Of a DNA stretch of 64,000 nucleotides, positions 13,301 through 24,013 are shown piece by piece. Source of the DNA: Azolla caroliniana (lineage: Eukaryota > Plantae > Polypodiophyta); the NCBI GenBank assembly GCA_043228905.1, contig JBHGNT010000005.1, forward strand, positions 9,796,001-9,860,000. The letters are read 5' to 3'. A model generated the notes under the pieces. That model saw only the letters and a list, made by a program, of their open reading frames with translations, was not told where the DNA came from and ran no database searches. Position 1 is the stretch's first letter; each line of letters begins with the position of its first letter. The translations under genes were made by a program, and so were the position numbers.

Positions 13301-16300
13301 CGTAAACTCATCCGAGAAATATTCCTTGCCTCCATCTGACCAAAGACATTGTACATGTTGACCCGTGGCTTTCTCGACTTCATTCTTGAATTTTTGGAAG
13401 TGTTCGAACACTTCGCTCTTTTGCCGCATCGGGTAGATCCAAGTGTGCCTAGAGAAGTCGTCGGTGAAGGTCACGTAGTATCGGCATCCGCCGAATGTCG
13501 CCGTCTGAGCCGGACCCCATACATCGGAATGAATTACATCGAGTACGCCTTTGCTCACGTTCCACTCCTTCGGAAATGGTTGCCGATGTTGCTTGCCGAA
13601 TTGGCAAGCGGCACACACGCTTTCAATCTCTTTCTCCATGAATGTCGGGAGCTTGATGACGACTCCTTTCGATTGCATTGCCTTGAGATTTTGGAGGTTG
13701 ATATGGCAAATCCACTTGTGCCATATCTCTATGTCGGAATTGGCTTTCATGCCCTTTGCTAACTTGGCCGATTTCATCTCGTGTGAGTCGAGAATGAACA
13801 TTCGGCCCTCTCTTCATCCGCGAGCGATGAGTTGGCTCTCTTTTTTGATGAAGCAACCGCCTTGATTAAATCGTACTTGCATTCCTTGCTCTACAATTTG
13901 GCTGATGGAGACCAAATTCTTCGTGATAGTTGGTACATGCAAGAAATTTTTAATATAAGTTTGCTTACCTTCTTCTCCGAACAGAACATTGCCGCTGTGC
14001 TGAATCAGGTGCGTAATGTCGTCTCCGGCTTCGACATAGCCGGGTCGGTCCGGCTCTCGAAGTTCTCAGAACCATTCTTGATGCGACGTCATATGATTCG
14101 AGGCACCGGAATCGACAAACCATACGTCTTCCTAACCAGACGCATTAGTAGAAGTAGAGGCCGCCATAGAATTCACTCTATGTCTCATCATGAACATTCT
14201 GCCACGATCGTCATAGTCGGAGTTGATGGCGTAGTTGGTGAGTTGTCGGCTAGTGGAAACCAACTCACGTATCTTCTTACGACATTCTTCTTCGTGGTAT
14301 GAACTATTCCGCAATATCTGCATTTGACCGAGCTTTGTCGGTTCGAACCGGAATGGAAGCTCCCCCTTCTTTCAAAGGTTCCTCGATGGCTTCCGTCTTG
14401 ATGCTGAAATTGCGAGTTGTTTTCGTAAGTCAGGCCTCGTCCGCCTCGTCCTTGGCTGAATCGGCCTCTTCTTGCATGGCCGCGTCCTCTTCCTCCGTCC
14501 GAATGCATGTAGAGCATGTGGCCTTCCGAGGTGTTGCTCCTCATTGGAACATGGTTTTCTTCGACCAACAACATAGATTGAAGATCAAAGAAGGAGGGTG
14601 GATTCTCCTGTGCTAGTACGGCGGTTTGCATCGTGCCAAATCGTGGTGCCAGGCCGTCGAGGCATATTTGCACCATCTCATCATCGTCCATATTGACGAT
14701 TATCGAGCCAAGCGAGTCGCAAAGCTCCTTGATCTTCAAGGTGTAGCTTGTGATGGACATATCCCTTTGTTGGATGTTGTTTAAATATTGGTGGAGTTGA
14801 AGCTTTCTCGTGGTAGTATTGGCGGCGAAAATCTTTCGTAGATTCTCCCACGCTTCCTTCGGCGTCTCAGCTTCTTGAATGTACTCGAGCATGTGGTCAT
14901 GAACACATGTCGCCAAGCAATACATCACTCGTCTTGCCGCTTGCTCCCACGTTGCATAGTCAGCCTCTTCCAGGTCGAGTTGGTTTTCTGGTGCTCCCTT
15001 GATGTAACCCCAATAGCCTTGGCCGACAAATTATTGGTGCATCTTGTACTCCCAAGATGCGAAGTTGTTTCGGTCCAACTTCTCGCTAGGGAGAGCACTC
15101 CCCATTTGAGTATTCAGTGTCGATTAAGCTTCCTTTCTTGTTTTCCTTCTCTCTCGAACACGAGGTATGTAGTGGTAATACGATAGTGATGAGCCGGTTC
15201 TTCTTGAACGTTGGCGTAGAGCACAAAACGATCACGATGAGGCGAGGGGGCTAGATCGAGCTACCAAATCGCTCTGATACCATGTAAAGAATCGGGTATG
15301 ATTCTTGTGTAGCATAAGAGATGTGTGCTATGTGTATGTGTGAGAGGAATTAGAGGAGAGAAGAGAGAACACAAGATAGATAGAAAAAGGAATACTCAAG
15401 AAGAAGGTGTGTATTCACAAGTAGAATAGGAAATACAAAATGTAGCATTACAAGGAGTCACAACCGACTTAGTATGAAGTATGCGGAGGGTGCTTTATAT
15501 AGAGTCACCCTCTCTCTTCACTAACTTTACAACAACCACTCTCTCTCTCTTGGGGAATGTGAAAACTCATAGTCATGGGGAATATGTAACTCATTAGTTA
15601 GGTGTCATAGAATATGATTCTATGATAGATAGTTAATGTGTAGAGAGTAGTGGTGTGACTCTTAACCTTTGAGTAATCATGGATTCTCAAAAGGTGTGTT
15701 CACACGTTGTCGTGAAGATTTCCGGCTATAGTGTGAAACCGGGGTGGAATAGGGCAAGTCGTGGTGTGCAACATGTGCACATGTATAGTAGGAAACGGTG
15801 TATAGAATAAAGGGGAGTATTTGTCGCACATTGTAACGCCCTCCCTTCCTTGGTCTATAAAAGGAGGGAGGGGTTCCTTGTTGAGGGGTTGCCCATTTTG
15901 TGTTAGGAGGATATACCGTTAGATCTGGGGTTTGGTAGTTTTCTCTTCTTCTTACTTTCTTTAGGGTTTCATTTAGTTCTTCTTCGTCGTCGTCGTGTGG
16001 GTTGAGAGTTCGTGTCTGTTTAGGGTTTGTTCTGCTCGGTCTCTTGTGCAAGACCCCGCTCGACGCGAAGAGTCTGAGAGCTCCCCGATCGGCGGCTTGG
16101 CAGCAGACTGCTGTTGTAACCTAACCTACCTTGGTCTAACTTGAAGCCAGGGTTGTATCTTTCCCTTGTAATATATATATGTACTCATATCTGTTTATGC
16201 ATATTGGTGTATTTGGTGGTGACGGGAGCATAGCCCCCCCTTTGTTTCTTGTGGATAAGAGTCGGTGTCGCGCGCAAGCTTTTCTCTTTTCTTTTCTCTC

Positions 16301-16451
16301 TCTCTGGTTCGGTTGCCTCCGGGACGTGTCCGGAGTCGGTTTCTCGACATCCCTTCCTCCCTCGTCCGAGACCCCCGTGGTCCCGCTCCTTCTACACGCA
16401 CGCGCGAAATAACGCAACAACATTGCACTATGTTGAGCTTGATTCTCAACA
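10337..16451 (-). mobile_element. Full-length degenerate Ty1/Copia element C; its 5' LTR is interrupted by a Gypsy solo LTR
   Basis: 3' LTR 10337-10788; 5' LTR 15283-16451, split at 15708-16419; iMet PBS at 15271-15282; PPT from 10789; imperfect TSD CTTGT/CTTAC; gag 14188..14928, integrase 13223..13801, RT 11562..13025 (YVDD). Confidence 0.92.
15708..16419 (+). mobile_element. Solo LTR of the Trp-primed Gypsy group
   Basis: Ends TGTCGTGAAGATT...CGCAACA; absent from the sister LTR 10337-10788; 4-bp TSD ACGT/ACAT; the 5' terminus and the TGTAACG..CTATAAAAGG region resemble the reverse complement of LTR 50707-51488. Confidence 0.82.
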
Positions 16452-16495
16452 CTTACTAATACATCTTTTGTTCTCTGTCTCTGTCTCTCTCTCTT

Positions 16496-16675
16496 TCGTA
16501 ATTAGCTTACCCTAGTGGTAAGTTGTTAACACTACAAGCACTTCTCTCTCTCTCTCTCTCTCGTAATTAGCTTACCCTAGTGGTAAGTTGTTAACACTAC
16601 AAGCACTGCGTTCAAACCTTTTTCGTAATTAGCTTACCTTAGTGATAAGTTGTTAACATTACAAGCACTACGTCC
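16496..16675 (+). repeat. Three copies of a ~47-bp tRNA-5'-half-like unit, separated by a CT microsatellite and a short linker
   Basis: TCGTAATTAGCTTACCCTAGTGGTAAGTTGTTAACACTACAAGCACT at 16496, 16561 and 16623 (the third copy has 3 substitutions). Confidence 0.9.
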
Positions 16676-19600
16676 TGTTGGGATTACGGTCCCTCCGGAT
16701 GGGATGGTCGGATGTCCGGAGATGAATGACGACAAGCCCGGTTGCGGTTTCGGAACCGGATGATGAAGACCCTGGCTTCGGAGCCGGATGACGAATGTAC
16801 CCGGAGAGAGATCCGGATGCGGGGACATATCTGTGAATATGTTTGCCAAGGGCCCTTGAGGCTATAGTTTCAAATAGCCCTAAAGTCATATGTGTATAAA
16901 TATGACTTAGGGCAAACAGTTTTGATGTTGCTACTTATTTTTCTGTTTTTCCACTCAAGAGGAGTGAAGAGAGAGCAGCCGTGAGAGAGATAGAGCGTGA
17001 GAGACGAAGAGGTCGACGCCTCTGTGTAATTCCGCCGCCTGTGGCGAGGACAGCGAGCTCAAGGTCGTCGCCTTGCAGCTCGCCATTGTATATTTCTCTG
17101 TGCATAGTTTTGGTTCGGAGTCTTGTACTCCCGTGGTTTTACCCGTACAGGGTTTTCCACGTTAAATCGTGTGTCCACTTATTTACTTTTGCATTTCCCA
17201 TTTTCTGCAACAACGATTCGTGTGTTTCCTTGGTTGTGGCCGAGAGGTGAAGTTTGGAAAGTGTCGATTATTTCCATCAATTTGGTATCAGAGCGAGCTG
17301 CTGCAGAAAATGGAAGGCGGCGGCAGCGGGCAGCCGGGGATGATGGTGCTGAATGCGCAGAATTACGCCGACTGGAAGATCAAGATGGAGGATCTTCTGA
17401 TTGTTCGGGACCTGTACGAACCGATTGACAGGTCGGAAATACCGAAGGGGGTACTTGAGTCGGAATGGAGGCTTCTGAACCGGAAAGCCGTTGCAACCAT
17501 TCGGCAATACGTCGACGTGAGCGTTCTACAACATGTGGCGAATGACATCAACGCATATGAGATGTGGCGGAAGCTGTCGGGCCTCTACGAGAGGAAGAAT
17601 GCGTTGAACCGGACCTCCCTGATGAGGAAGATAGTGAACCTCAAGTACCGGGACGGCGAGAGTATGGTGGAACACGTAAGCACGTTCATGGGATTCGTGA
17701 ACCAGCTTGCGGCGATCAAGTTCCCGCTGGAGGATGCAATGCAAGCCATCATTCTGATGTGTACATTGCCGGAAAGCTGGGAGAACTTGGTGGTGACTCT
17801 CAGCACCTCCTGCACGGAAGATAACTTGTCCCTACAAACGGTAAAGACAAGTATTTTGAACGAAGAAGCGCGTCAGAGAGATAAAGAACCGGCCTCCGAC
17901 TCGAAGGCGCTGCTTACCGAATCGGAACGGGGAAGACAATGGAACCGGAGTCCGCAAAGACGGGAGAAGTCGGGGACCCGGTCGCAGTCAAGAGGAAGAC
18001 CCACATGCTTCCACTGTGGGAAGCCGGGGCACTTCCGGAAGAATTGTTGGCATTACCGAAAGGACAACGAAGCCGACGACACCGATTCGAAGAAGTCACC
18101 GGAGAGAAACGGTGCATACCGGGGAGCCACGGACCGGAGAGGTTCGGATCGGCGAGGGCAGGACCGGAAAGGAACGACGGCACTCGCGGCAAGTGAGGAA
18201 GAAATCATGCTCATCACCAAAGAAGGTGAACTAAACATTGCTGGCGATGAGACGACCTGGGTGGTCGATTCCGGAGCATCGTTCCACCTGACCCCGGAGA
18301 GAAGATACTTCTCATCCTACACAGTCGGTGAGCATGGTTGTGTTCGGATGGGAAATGAAGGTACGTGCCAGATTGCAGGCATAGGAGACGTGTGGTTGAC
18401 AACCTCGACCGGATGCAAAATGCTGCTGAAGGATGTCCGACACGTTCCGGAGGTTCGATTGAACCTGATTTCGGCCGGGAGGCTAGACGATGAAGGCTAC
18501 ACAGGTAGCATCCGGAACGGCGTAATGAAGTTCAGCAAGGGGAGCCTGATAGTGGCTCGGGCCCGGAAAGTCAACACACTGTACCTTATGAATGCCTGGT
18601 TGTGTCCGGAAGAGTTGAACGTGGCAGCCGACACTGCCGGTGAGCTGTGGCACAAGAGACTGTGCCACATGAGTGAGAAGGGGATGAAGAGGCTTGCAGA
18701 AGACAACCTTATTCCAGTGAAGCATGTGCACCTGGAGAAGTGCACCGATTGCCTGGCCGGTAAGCAGAACCGAACCTCCTTCCACTCAAGGCCGCCGACG
18801 AGATGTAGCGCACCATTGGAGTTGGTGCACACTGATGTGTGTCAGGTAGAAACGAAGTCACATGGCGGAGCCCAGTACTTCGTAACATTCATTGATGATC
18901 ACAGCCGGAAGCTGTGGACGGCACCGTTGAAGACAAAGGACCAAGTGTTGTGCGTCTTCAAAGAACTCCACGCGAGAGTGGAAAGGGAATCCGGCAAGAA
19001 GCTGAAAGCGATACGAGCGGATAACGGAGGGGAATACCGGGGGCAGTTCGCGGAGTACTGTCGCTCGAAGGGAATCCGGCTCGAGTTCACTGTGCCGAAG
19101 ACGCCGGAACTGAACGGGCTGGCCGAGAGGATGAATCGGACCATAATGGAGAGGGTCCGGAGTATGCTGGCGCATGCGGAATTACCCAAGGGGTTTTGGG
19201 TTGAGGCGATGTCAACGGCGACATACGTGATAAACAGATCACCCTCAGTACCTTTGGACGGAGACACGCCGCAGAGAGTGTGGACCGGTAGGGAAGTATC
19301 CTACCGGCATCTGAAGGTGTTCGGGTGTCTCGCATACGTGCATGTGGCAAAGGACCGGAGAGGAAAGCTAGATCCAAAGACCCGGCCATGCATATTCCTC
19401 GGTTATGGCGATGACGAGTTCGGCTACCGAGTATGGGACCCGGTCGACAAGAAGATATTCCGGAGTCGTGATATCATCTTCATGGAGAACAAGACACTCG
19501 CCGACTGGGAGTCGGAGAAGAAGATGAAGAGCTCCAAGTCGACCGGTGAGGATAAACTCTACGAGGAGCAGTCCCGACCGGCAAGGGACCGGTTAACACT

Positions 19601-21997
19601 CGAAGATCCGGCCGAAGACGGTGAAGAAACAGAACCGGCCGAAGAAGATGAAAATGATACCGGAACCGGCCCCGATCCCGAAATGGATTCGGATGAAGAA
19701 GAATCGGAAGAACCGGTTACCGAAGCTCCGGAACGGAGATATCCTCTAAGAGAGAGAAGGGCTCCCCGGAGATTTCCGGAACCAGAGCACGTGCTGCTAA
19801 CCGACGAGGGGGAGCCAGAGAGCTTTGAAGAAGCGAAGCATGACACCCATAGCCGCAGGTGGTTAAGTGCCATGCAGGAGGAGATGGATTCCCTGCATGA
19901 GAACCACACATATGAACTTGTGGAGTTGCCGAAAGGAAAACGGGCACTCCGTAACAAGTGGGTGTTCAAGCTGAAACCGGGAGATGCCGAAAACCCCCCG
20001 AGATACAAAGCCAGGATCGTGGTGAAGGGGTTTCAGCAGAAGAAGGGCGTCGACTTCGACGAGATATTTGCCCCGGTAGTGAAGATGACCTCCATCCGGA
20101 CGGTGCTGAGCATAGCGGCAAGCATGGACCTCGAGATAGAACATATGGACGTGAAGACGGCATTCCTTCATGGTGACCTCGAAGAAGAGATCTACATGCA
20201 GCAACCGGAAGGATTCGAGAAGAAAGGGAAGGAGCACCTGGTATGCCGGTTGAAGAAGAGCCTTTACGGACTGAAGCAGGCTCCCCGGCAATGGTACCGG
20301 AAGTTCGACTCTTTCATGACCGACGAAGGGTACCACAAAACGCAGTCCGACCACTGCGTGTTTGTGAAGAAGTTCGAAGGAGGAGACTCTCTAATACTCC
20401 TCCTGTACGTGGACGACATGTTGATCGTCGAACTGGACCAGGTCAAGATACGGATGCTGAAGAAGGCTCTTCACCGAACCTTCTCAATGAAGGACTTGGG
20501 TCCGGCGAGACAAATACTAGGGATGCACATCATCCGGGACCGGAGCAAGAAGCAGTTGTGGCTGTCACAGGAGAAGTACGTGACAAAGGTGCTTAAACGG
20601 TTCAACATGTCGGAAGCAAGACCGGTCGGATCGACCCTCCCGGCAAACTGCAAGCTGTCCAGCAAGCAAAGCCCCAAGACAAAGGCTGAGAAGGAGGACA
20701 TGATGAAAGTACCATATGCCTCTGCCGTCGGGAGCTTGATGTACGCAATGGTGTGTACCCGACCGGACATAGGATATGCAGTCGGAGTGGTGAGCCGGTA
20801 CATGAGCAATCCCGGCAAAGAGCATTGGAACGCGGCCAAGTGGATACTCCGATACCTGAAGGGCACGGCAAACGTGTGCCTCCGATTCGGCTCCGGTAAG
20901 CCCGAACTCGACGGCTTCACCGATTCGGATATGTCGGCTGATGCAGATACCAGCCGGTCCACATCAGGGTATGTGATGACGTATGCAGGGGGAGCTGTTT
21001 CATGGCAGTCGAGGCTGCAGAAGACGGTTGCGTTGTCAACCACGGAGGAGGAGTACATGGCGGCTGTTGAAGCCGGCAAGGAAATAATATGGATGAAGGA
21101 CTTTATTGGAGAGCTCGGTATCCGGCAGGAGGAGTACCGACTCTACTGCGACAGTCAGAGTGCAATCCACCTTGCGAAGAACGCGGCCTATCACTCCCGG
21201 ACGAAGCACATCCAGCGAAGATATCACTGGATCCGGGAAAGGATAGAAGACAAGGAGTTCGTGCTGACGAAGATCCACACGGACGAGAATGGGTCGGATA
21301 TGCTGACCAAGGTGCTCACACCCGACAAGCTGGAAGCATGCCGGAAGAGGATCGGATTGGAGAGACATCCCATGCCGAAGTGAAGGGGGAGTTTGTTGGG
21401 ATTACGGTCCCTCCGGATGGGATGGTCGGATGTCCGGAGATGAATGACGACAAGCCCGGTTGCGGTTTCGGAACCGGATGATGAAGACCCTGGCTTCGGA
21501 GCCGGATGACGAATGTACTCGGAGAGAGATCCGGATGCGGGGACATATCTGTGAATATGTTTGCCAAGGGCCCTTGAGGCTATAGTTGTGAATAGCCCTA
21601 AAGTCATATGTGTATAAATATGACTTAGGGCAAACAGTTTTGATGTTGCTACTTATTTTTCTGTTTTTCCACTCAAGAGGAGTGAAGAGAGAGCAGCCGT
21701 GAGAGAGATAGAGCGTGAGAGACGAAGAGGTCGACGCCTCTGTGTAATTCCGCCGCCTGTGGCGAGGACAGCGAGCTCAAGGTCGTCGCCTTGCAGCTCG
21801 CCATTGTATATTTCTCTGTGCATAGTTTTGGTTCGGAGTCTTGTACTCCCGTGGTTTTACCCGTACAGGGTTTTCCACGTTAAATCATGTGTCCACTTAT
21901 TTACTTTTGCATTTCCCATTTTCTGCAACAACGATTCGTGTGTTTCCTTGGTTGTGGCCGAGAGGTGAAGTTTGGAAAGTGTCGATTATTTCCATCA
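16676..21997 (+). mobile_element. Full-length Ty1/Copia element B with intact ORF (Tnt1/Tork-like)
   Basis: 604-bp LTRs 16676-17279 and 21394-21997 (TG...CA) differing at only a few positions; perfect TSD CGTCC; PBS TGGTATCAGAGC at 17283-17294; PPT GAAGGGGGAG at 21382-21391. Confidence 0.98.
17310..21383 (+). CDS. gag-pol: Copia Gag-Pol polyprotein (Gag, CCHC, protease, integrase, RT, RNase H), 1357 aa
   Basis: Uninterrupted ORF from the first ATG after the PBS (MEGGG); motifs CFHCGKPGHFRKNC, WVVDSGAS, LWHKRLCH, VHTDV..DNGGEY..NGLAER, YVDD, TDSD..CDSQSAI. Confidence 0.96.
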   Translation: MEGGGSGQPGMMVLNAQNYADWKIKMEDLLIVRDLYEPIDRSEIPKGVLESEWRLLNRKAVATIRQYVDVSVLQHVANDINAYEMWRKLSGLYERKNALNRTSLMRKIVNLKYRDGESMVEHVSTFMGFVNQLAAIKFPLEDAMQAIILMCTLPESWENLVVTLSTSCTEDNLSLQTVKTSILNEEARQRDKEPASDSKALLTESERGRQWNRSPQRREKSGTRSQSRGRPTCFHCGKPGHFRKNCWHYRKDNEADDTDSKKSPERNGAYRGATDRRGSDRRGQDRKGTTALAASEEEIMLITKEGELNIAGDETTWVVDSGASFHLTPERRYFSSYTVGEHGCVRMGNEGTCQIAGIGDVWLTTSTGCKMLLKDVRHVPEVRLNLISAGRLDDEGYTGSIRNGVMKFSKGSLIVARARKVNTLYLMNAWLCPEELNVAADTAGELWHKRLCHMSEKGMKRLAEDNLIPVKHVHLEKCTDCLAGKQNRTSFHSRPPTRCSAPLELVHTDVCQVETKSHGGAQYFVTFIDDHSRKLWTAPLKTKDQVLCVFKELHARVERESGKKLKAIRADNGGEYRGQFAEYCRSKGIRLEFTVPKTPELNGLAERMNRTIMERVRSMLAHAELPKGFWVEAMSTATYVINRSPSVPLDGDTPQRVWTGREVSYRHLKVFGCLAYVHVAKDRRGKLDPKTRPCIFLGYGDDEFGYRVWDPVDKKIFRSRDIIFMENKTLADWESEKKMKSSKSTGEDKLYEEQSRPARDRLTLEDPAEDGEETEPAEEDENDTGTGPDPEMDSDEEESEEPVTEAPERRYPLRERRAPRRFPEPEHVLLTDEGEPESFEEAKHDTHSRRWLSAMQEEMDSLHENHTYELVELPKGKRALRNKWVFKLKPGDAENPPRYKARIVVKGFQQKKGVDFDEIFAPVVKMTSIRTVLSIAASMDLEIEHMDVKTAFLHGDLEEEIYMQQPEGFEKKGKEHLVCRLKKSLYGLKQAPRQWYRKFDSFMTDEGYHKTQSDHCVFVKKFEGGDSLILLLYVDDMLIVELDQVKIRMLKKALHRTFSMKDLGPARQILGMHIIRDRSKKQLWLSQEKYVTKVLKRFNMSEARPVGSTLPANCKLSSKQSPKTKAEKEDMMKVPYASAVGSLMYAMVCTRPDIGYAVGVVSRYMSNPGKEHWNAAKWILRYLKGTANVCLRFGSGKPELDGFTDSDMSADADTSRSTSGYVMTYAGGAVSWQSRLQKTVALSTTEEEYMAAVEAGKEIIWMKDFIGELGIRQEEYRLYCDSQSAIHLAKNAAYHSRTKHIQRRYHWIRERIEDKEFVLTKIHTDENGSDMLTKVLTPDKLEACRKRIGLERHPMPK

Positions 21998-22085
21998 CGT
22001 CCTGGGTTCGAAACCCAAATTTTCTCACTTCTCTCTATTATATACTTCATATATATCTCATAATTCACTAGATGCCACTGTGGAA

Positions 22086-22150
22086 TGTAGGGGTTGAACC
22101 CATGACCACCTGGTCTCCATTGGGCAACCTTACCAACTGAGCTACATCCA
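22086..22150 (-). ncRNA. tRNA-like (SINE-head-like) sequence, not a functional tRNA
   Basis: Reverse complement reads GGATGTAGCTCAGTTGGTAAGG...GGTCATGGGTTCAACCCCTAC, with A-box and B-box; no convincing anticodon or acceptor stem. Confidence 0.6.
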
Positions 22151-22153
22151 TCT

Positions 22154-22156
<3 letters not shown>

Positions 22157-22195
<39 letters not shown>

Positions 22196-22212
22196 ACACA
22201 AACACACACACA
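22157..22212. repeat. (CT)n and (CA)n microsatellites
   Basis: Directly visible; lie at the 3' end of the minus-strand LINE. Confidence 0.9.
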
Positions 22213-23437
22213 GTTTCCTTCCATTGCACGAGATCATCGACACTCTCCATTTCTTTACATTGATGAATATTAGAAACGTTATGATTAACATTTTTTAGCC
22301 TATCTCTCTATGTTTTTTTAGCTCTAAGATATATCAACCTAGTGTCTTTATATCTATGGTATATAATCAGAGAGGATCCTATAATGTCTTGGTATTTTGC
22401 CCTTATCTCGACGTAAGTTGGACACTTGCATGTAAAGTGATACGCATCCTTTATCTCTATGTGACATAATCTACATATCCTTTCCTCAACGGCGATTCCA
22501 TTAGCACAACCATTCTCAATCTCAAGTTGGTGAGTTGATCCACTAAGTTGTCCAATGGCAACCCTTAGTACATTTGGTAAGAACGTATCCAGATATTTTG
22601 GTCTTATAATAAAACCTAACTTAGACAAATGCATAAAGTGTTCCTTATAATACAACATTTTAGATGGGAGTGGCTCTAGTGGGTTTATCCATTTATGTCG
22701 AGTGTAAATTTGCATATTTCTTGGTGTATTCTTATATTACGATCCTCGTGAGAGATTAAGGTTGTACTTAAGAGGATGTAGGTTATTAATATCTAGGACA
22801 TTTGCAAAAAACCAACTTACTACAGTGTTATACCAAGAGCTAGTATCGTCAGCCTCATAGAGTGACAGAGATGCCTCGAAAGCTTGACGAGATATCCTAA
22901 CTTGTGATTTCCTTTGTATCTTATTAATAAAAACTAACAATTGAAAAAGTGTTTCTACTAGCATAGGGGGTAAAGTGAACTTTTCTCTAATGATGTCATG
23001 TAGCACTGTCGATTTGCTTCAGAGCTGACGTAATAGCATCATCACCAATGGTCTCTCTAATTGCGCCCACATGAAAGGTGGTGGGCATGGAGCCTAAACC
23101 ACTAATGCATACATGAGGGAAGGGGTCACTAATGAGTTGAATAGCCACCCCTTAGTTCGTGGCTCTTGAGAGAGAATTTTGTTGGATGATAGTACACATA
23201 GGTTCATTAAAGGTCCTGCAGCATGTATCATTTGGAAGTACTTATCGAACACTTGGCAAGTTTTAACCTATTGTTATTTGCGGCCTCCATAGTGGATTTT
23301 TTCCTAGTATGTTCAAAAATGTCCAAATGACAAGATGGGGATATTGTTCCAATTTTTCCGATATTGGGGTCTACAACACTATTGGAATATGCACAATGCT
23401 TACATGTTTGATAATAGATGTTAGAGACATGAACTAA
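22213..23437 (-). mobile_element. Degenerate non-LTR retrotransposon (RTE-like) 3' portion
   Basis: ORF 22308..22715 has HQLEIENG..ERICRLCH.EIKDAYHFTCKCPTY, the C-terminal Cys/His motif also seen in the LINE at 38862..39161. Confidence 0.75.
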
Positions 23438-24013
23438 TGTAAGCATAAAATAAGGATAAAAGATAGATCTAGATAGAAAGGAGAGAGAGAAAGAAGGGTG
23501 TTGATCCACCCAACCACCCCCGAGCGAAGGGATCGAGACAGACTCGAGCCTCCATCGACATCCCATACCATTGTCGTGGCATCGAGTCGTACCTGGTGCT
23601 GGTGCGCTTGCTACAAGAGTTGACCCACCACGAAACAGAGTCTCAAGTCAAAGGATGATGAAATGAGGGTAGTTAGGCCTCTTATTTATAGCGATACCCA
23701 GGGCCCCCAACAAGTTCACACTTGGCCTAATGGGTTGTCTCAATCCCGAGGATTAAAAGTAATCCTCCCCTTCTTTACACTCTTGTTTAATCCTCACACT
23801 TATCCACGTGTATAGAATACTACGGTAAATTCTCACCACGGGATATTATATGGTCATGCCCGTAACATACTCCCCCTCTTTAAAACATTGCACTCTTGCA
23901 ATGGAAAGTTAGGGAAGTTAGTTCTGAGAGAATTTTCGCATTCCCATGTGGCATCTTTTATTGATTTATCCATCCATTTTATTTTAAATTCTCAGATTTC
24001 TTTAGTACGTAAT

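Noticed and set aside
16496-16675. CRISPR-like array
   Set aside because: The repeats are separated by a CT microsatellite and a short linker, not unique spacers; there are no cas genes and the context is eukaryotic.
17169-17309. N-terminal 47 aa of the 1404-aa ORF (and 9230-9340 in element A)
   Set aside because: It starts at a GTG inside the LTR and crosses the PBS; the plausible start is the ATG at 17310 (9229 in A).
22086-22150. Functional tRNA gene
   Set aside because: A and B boxes are present but the acceptor and anticodon stems do not pair convincingly.
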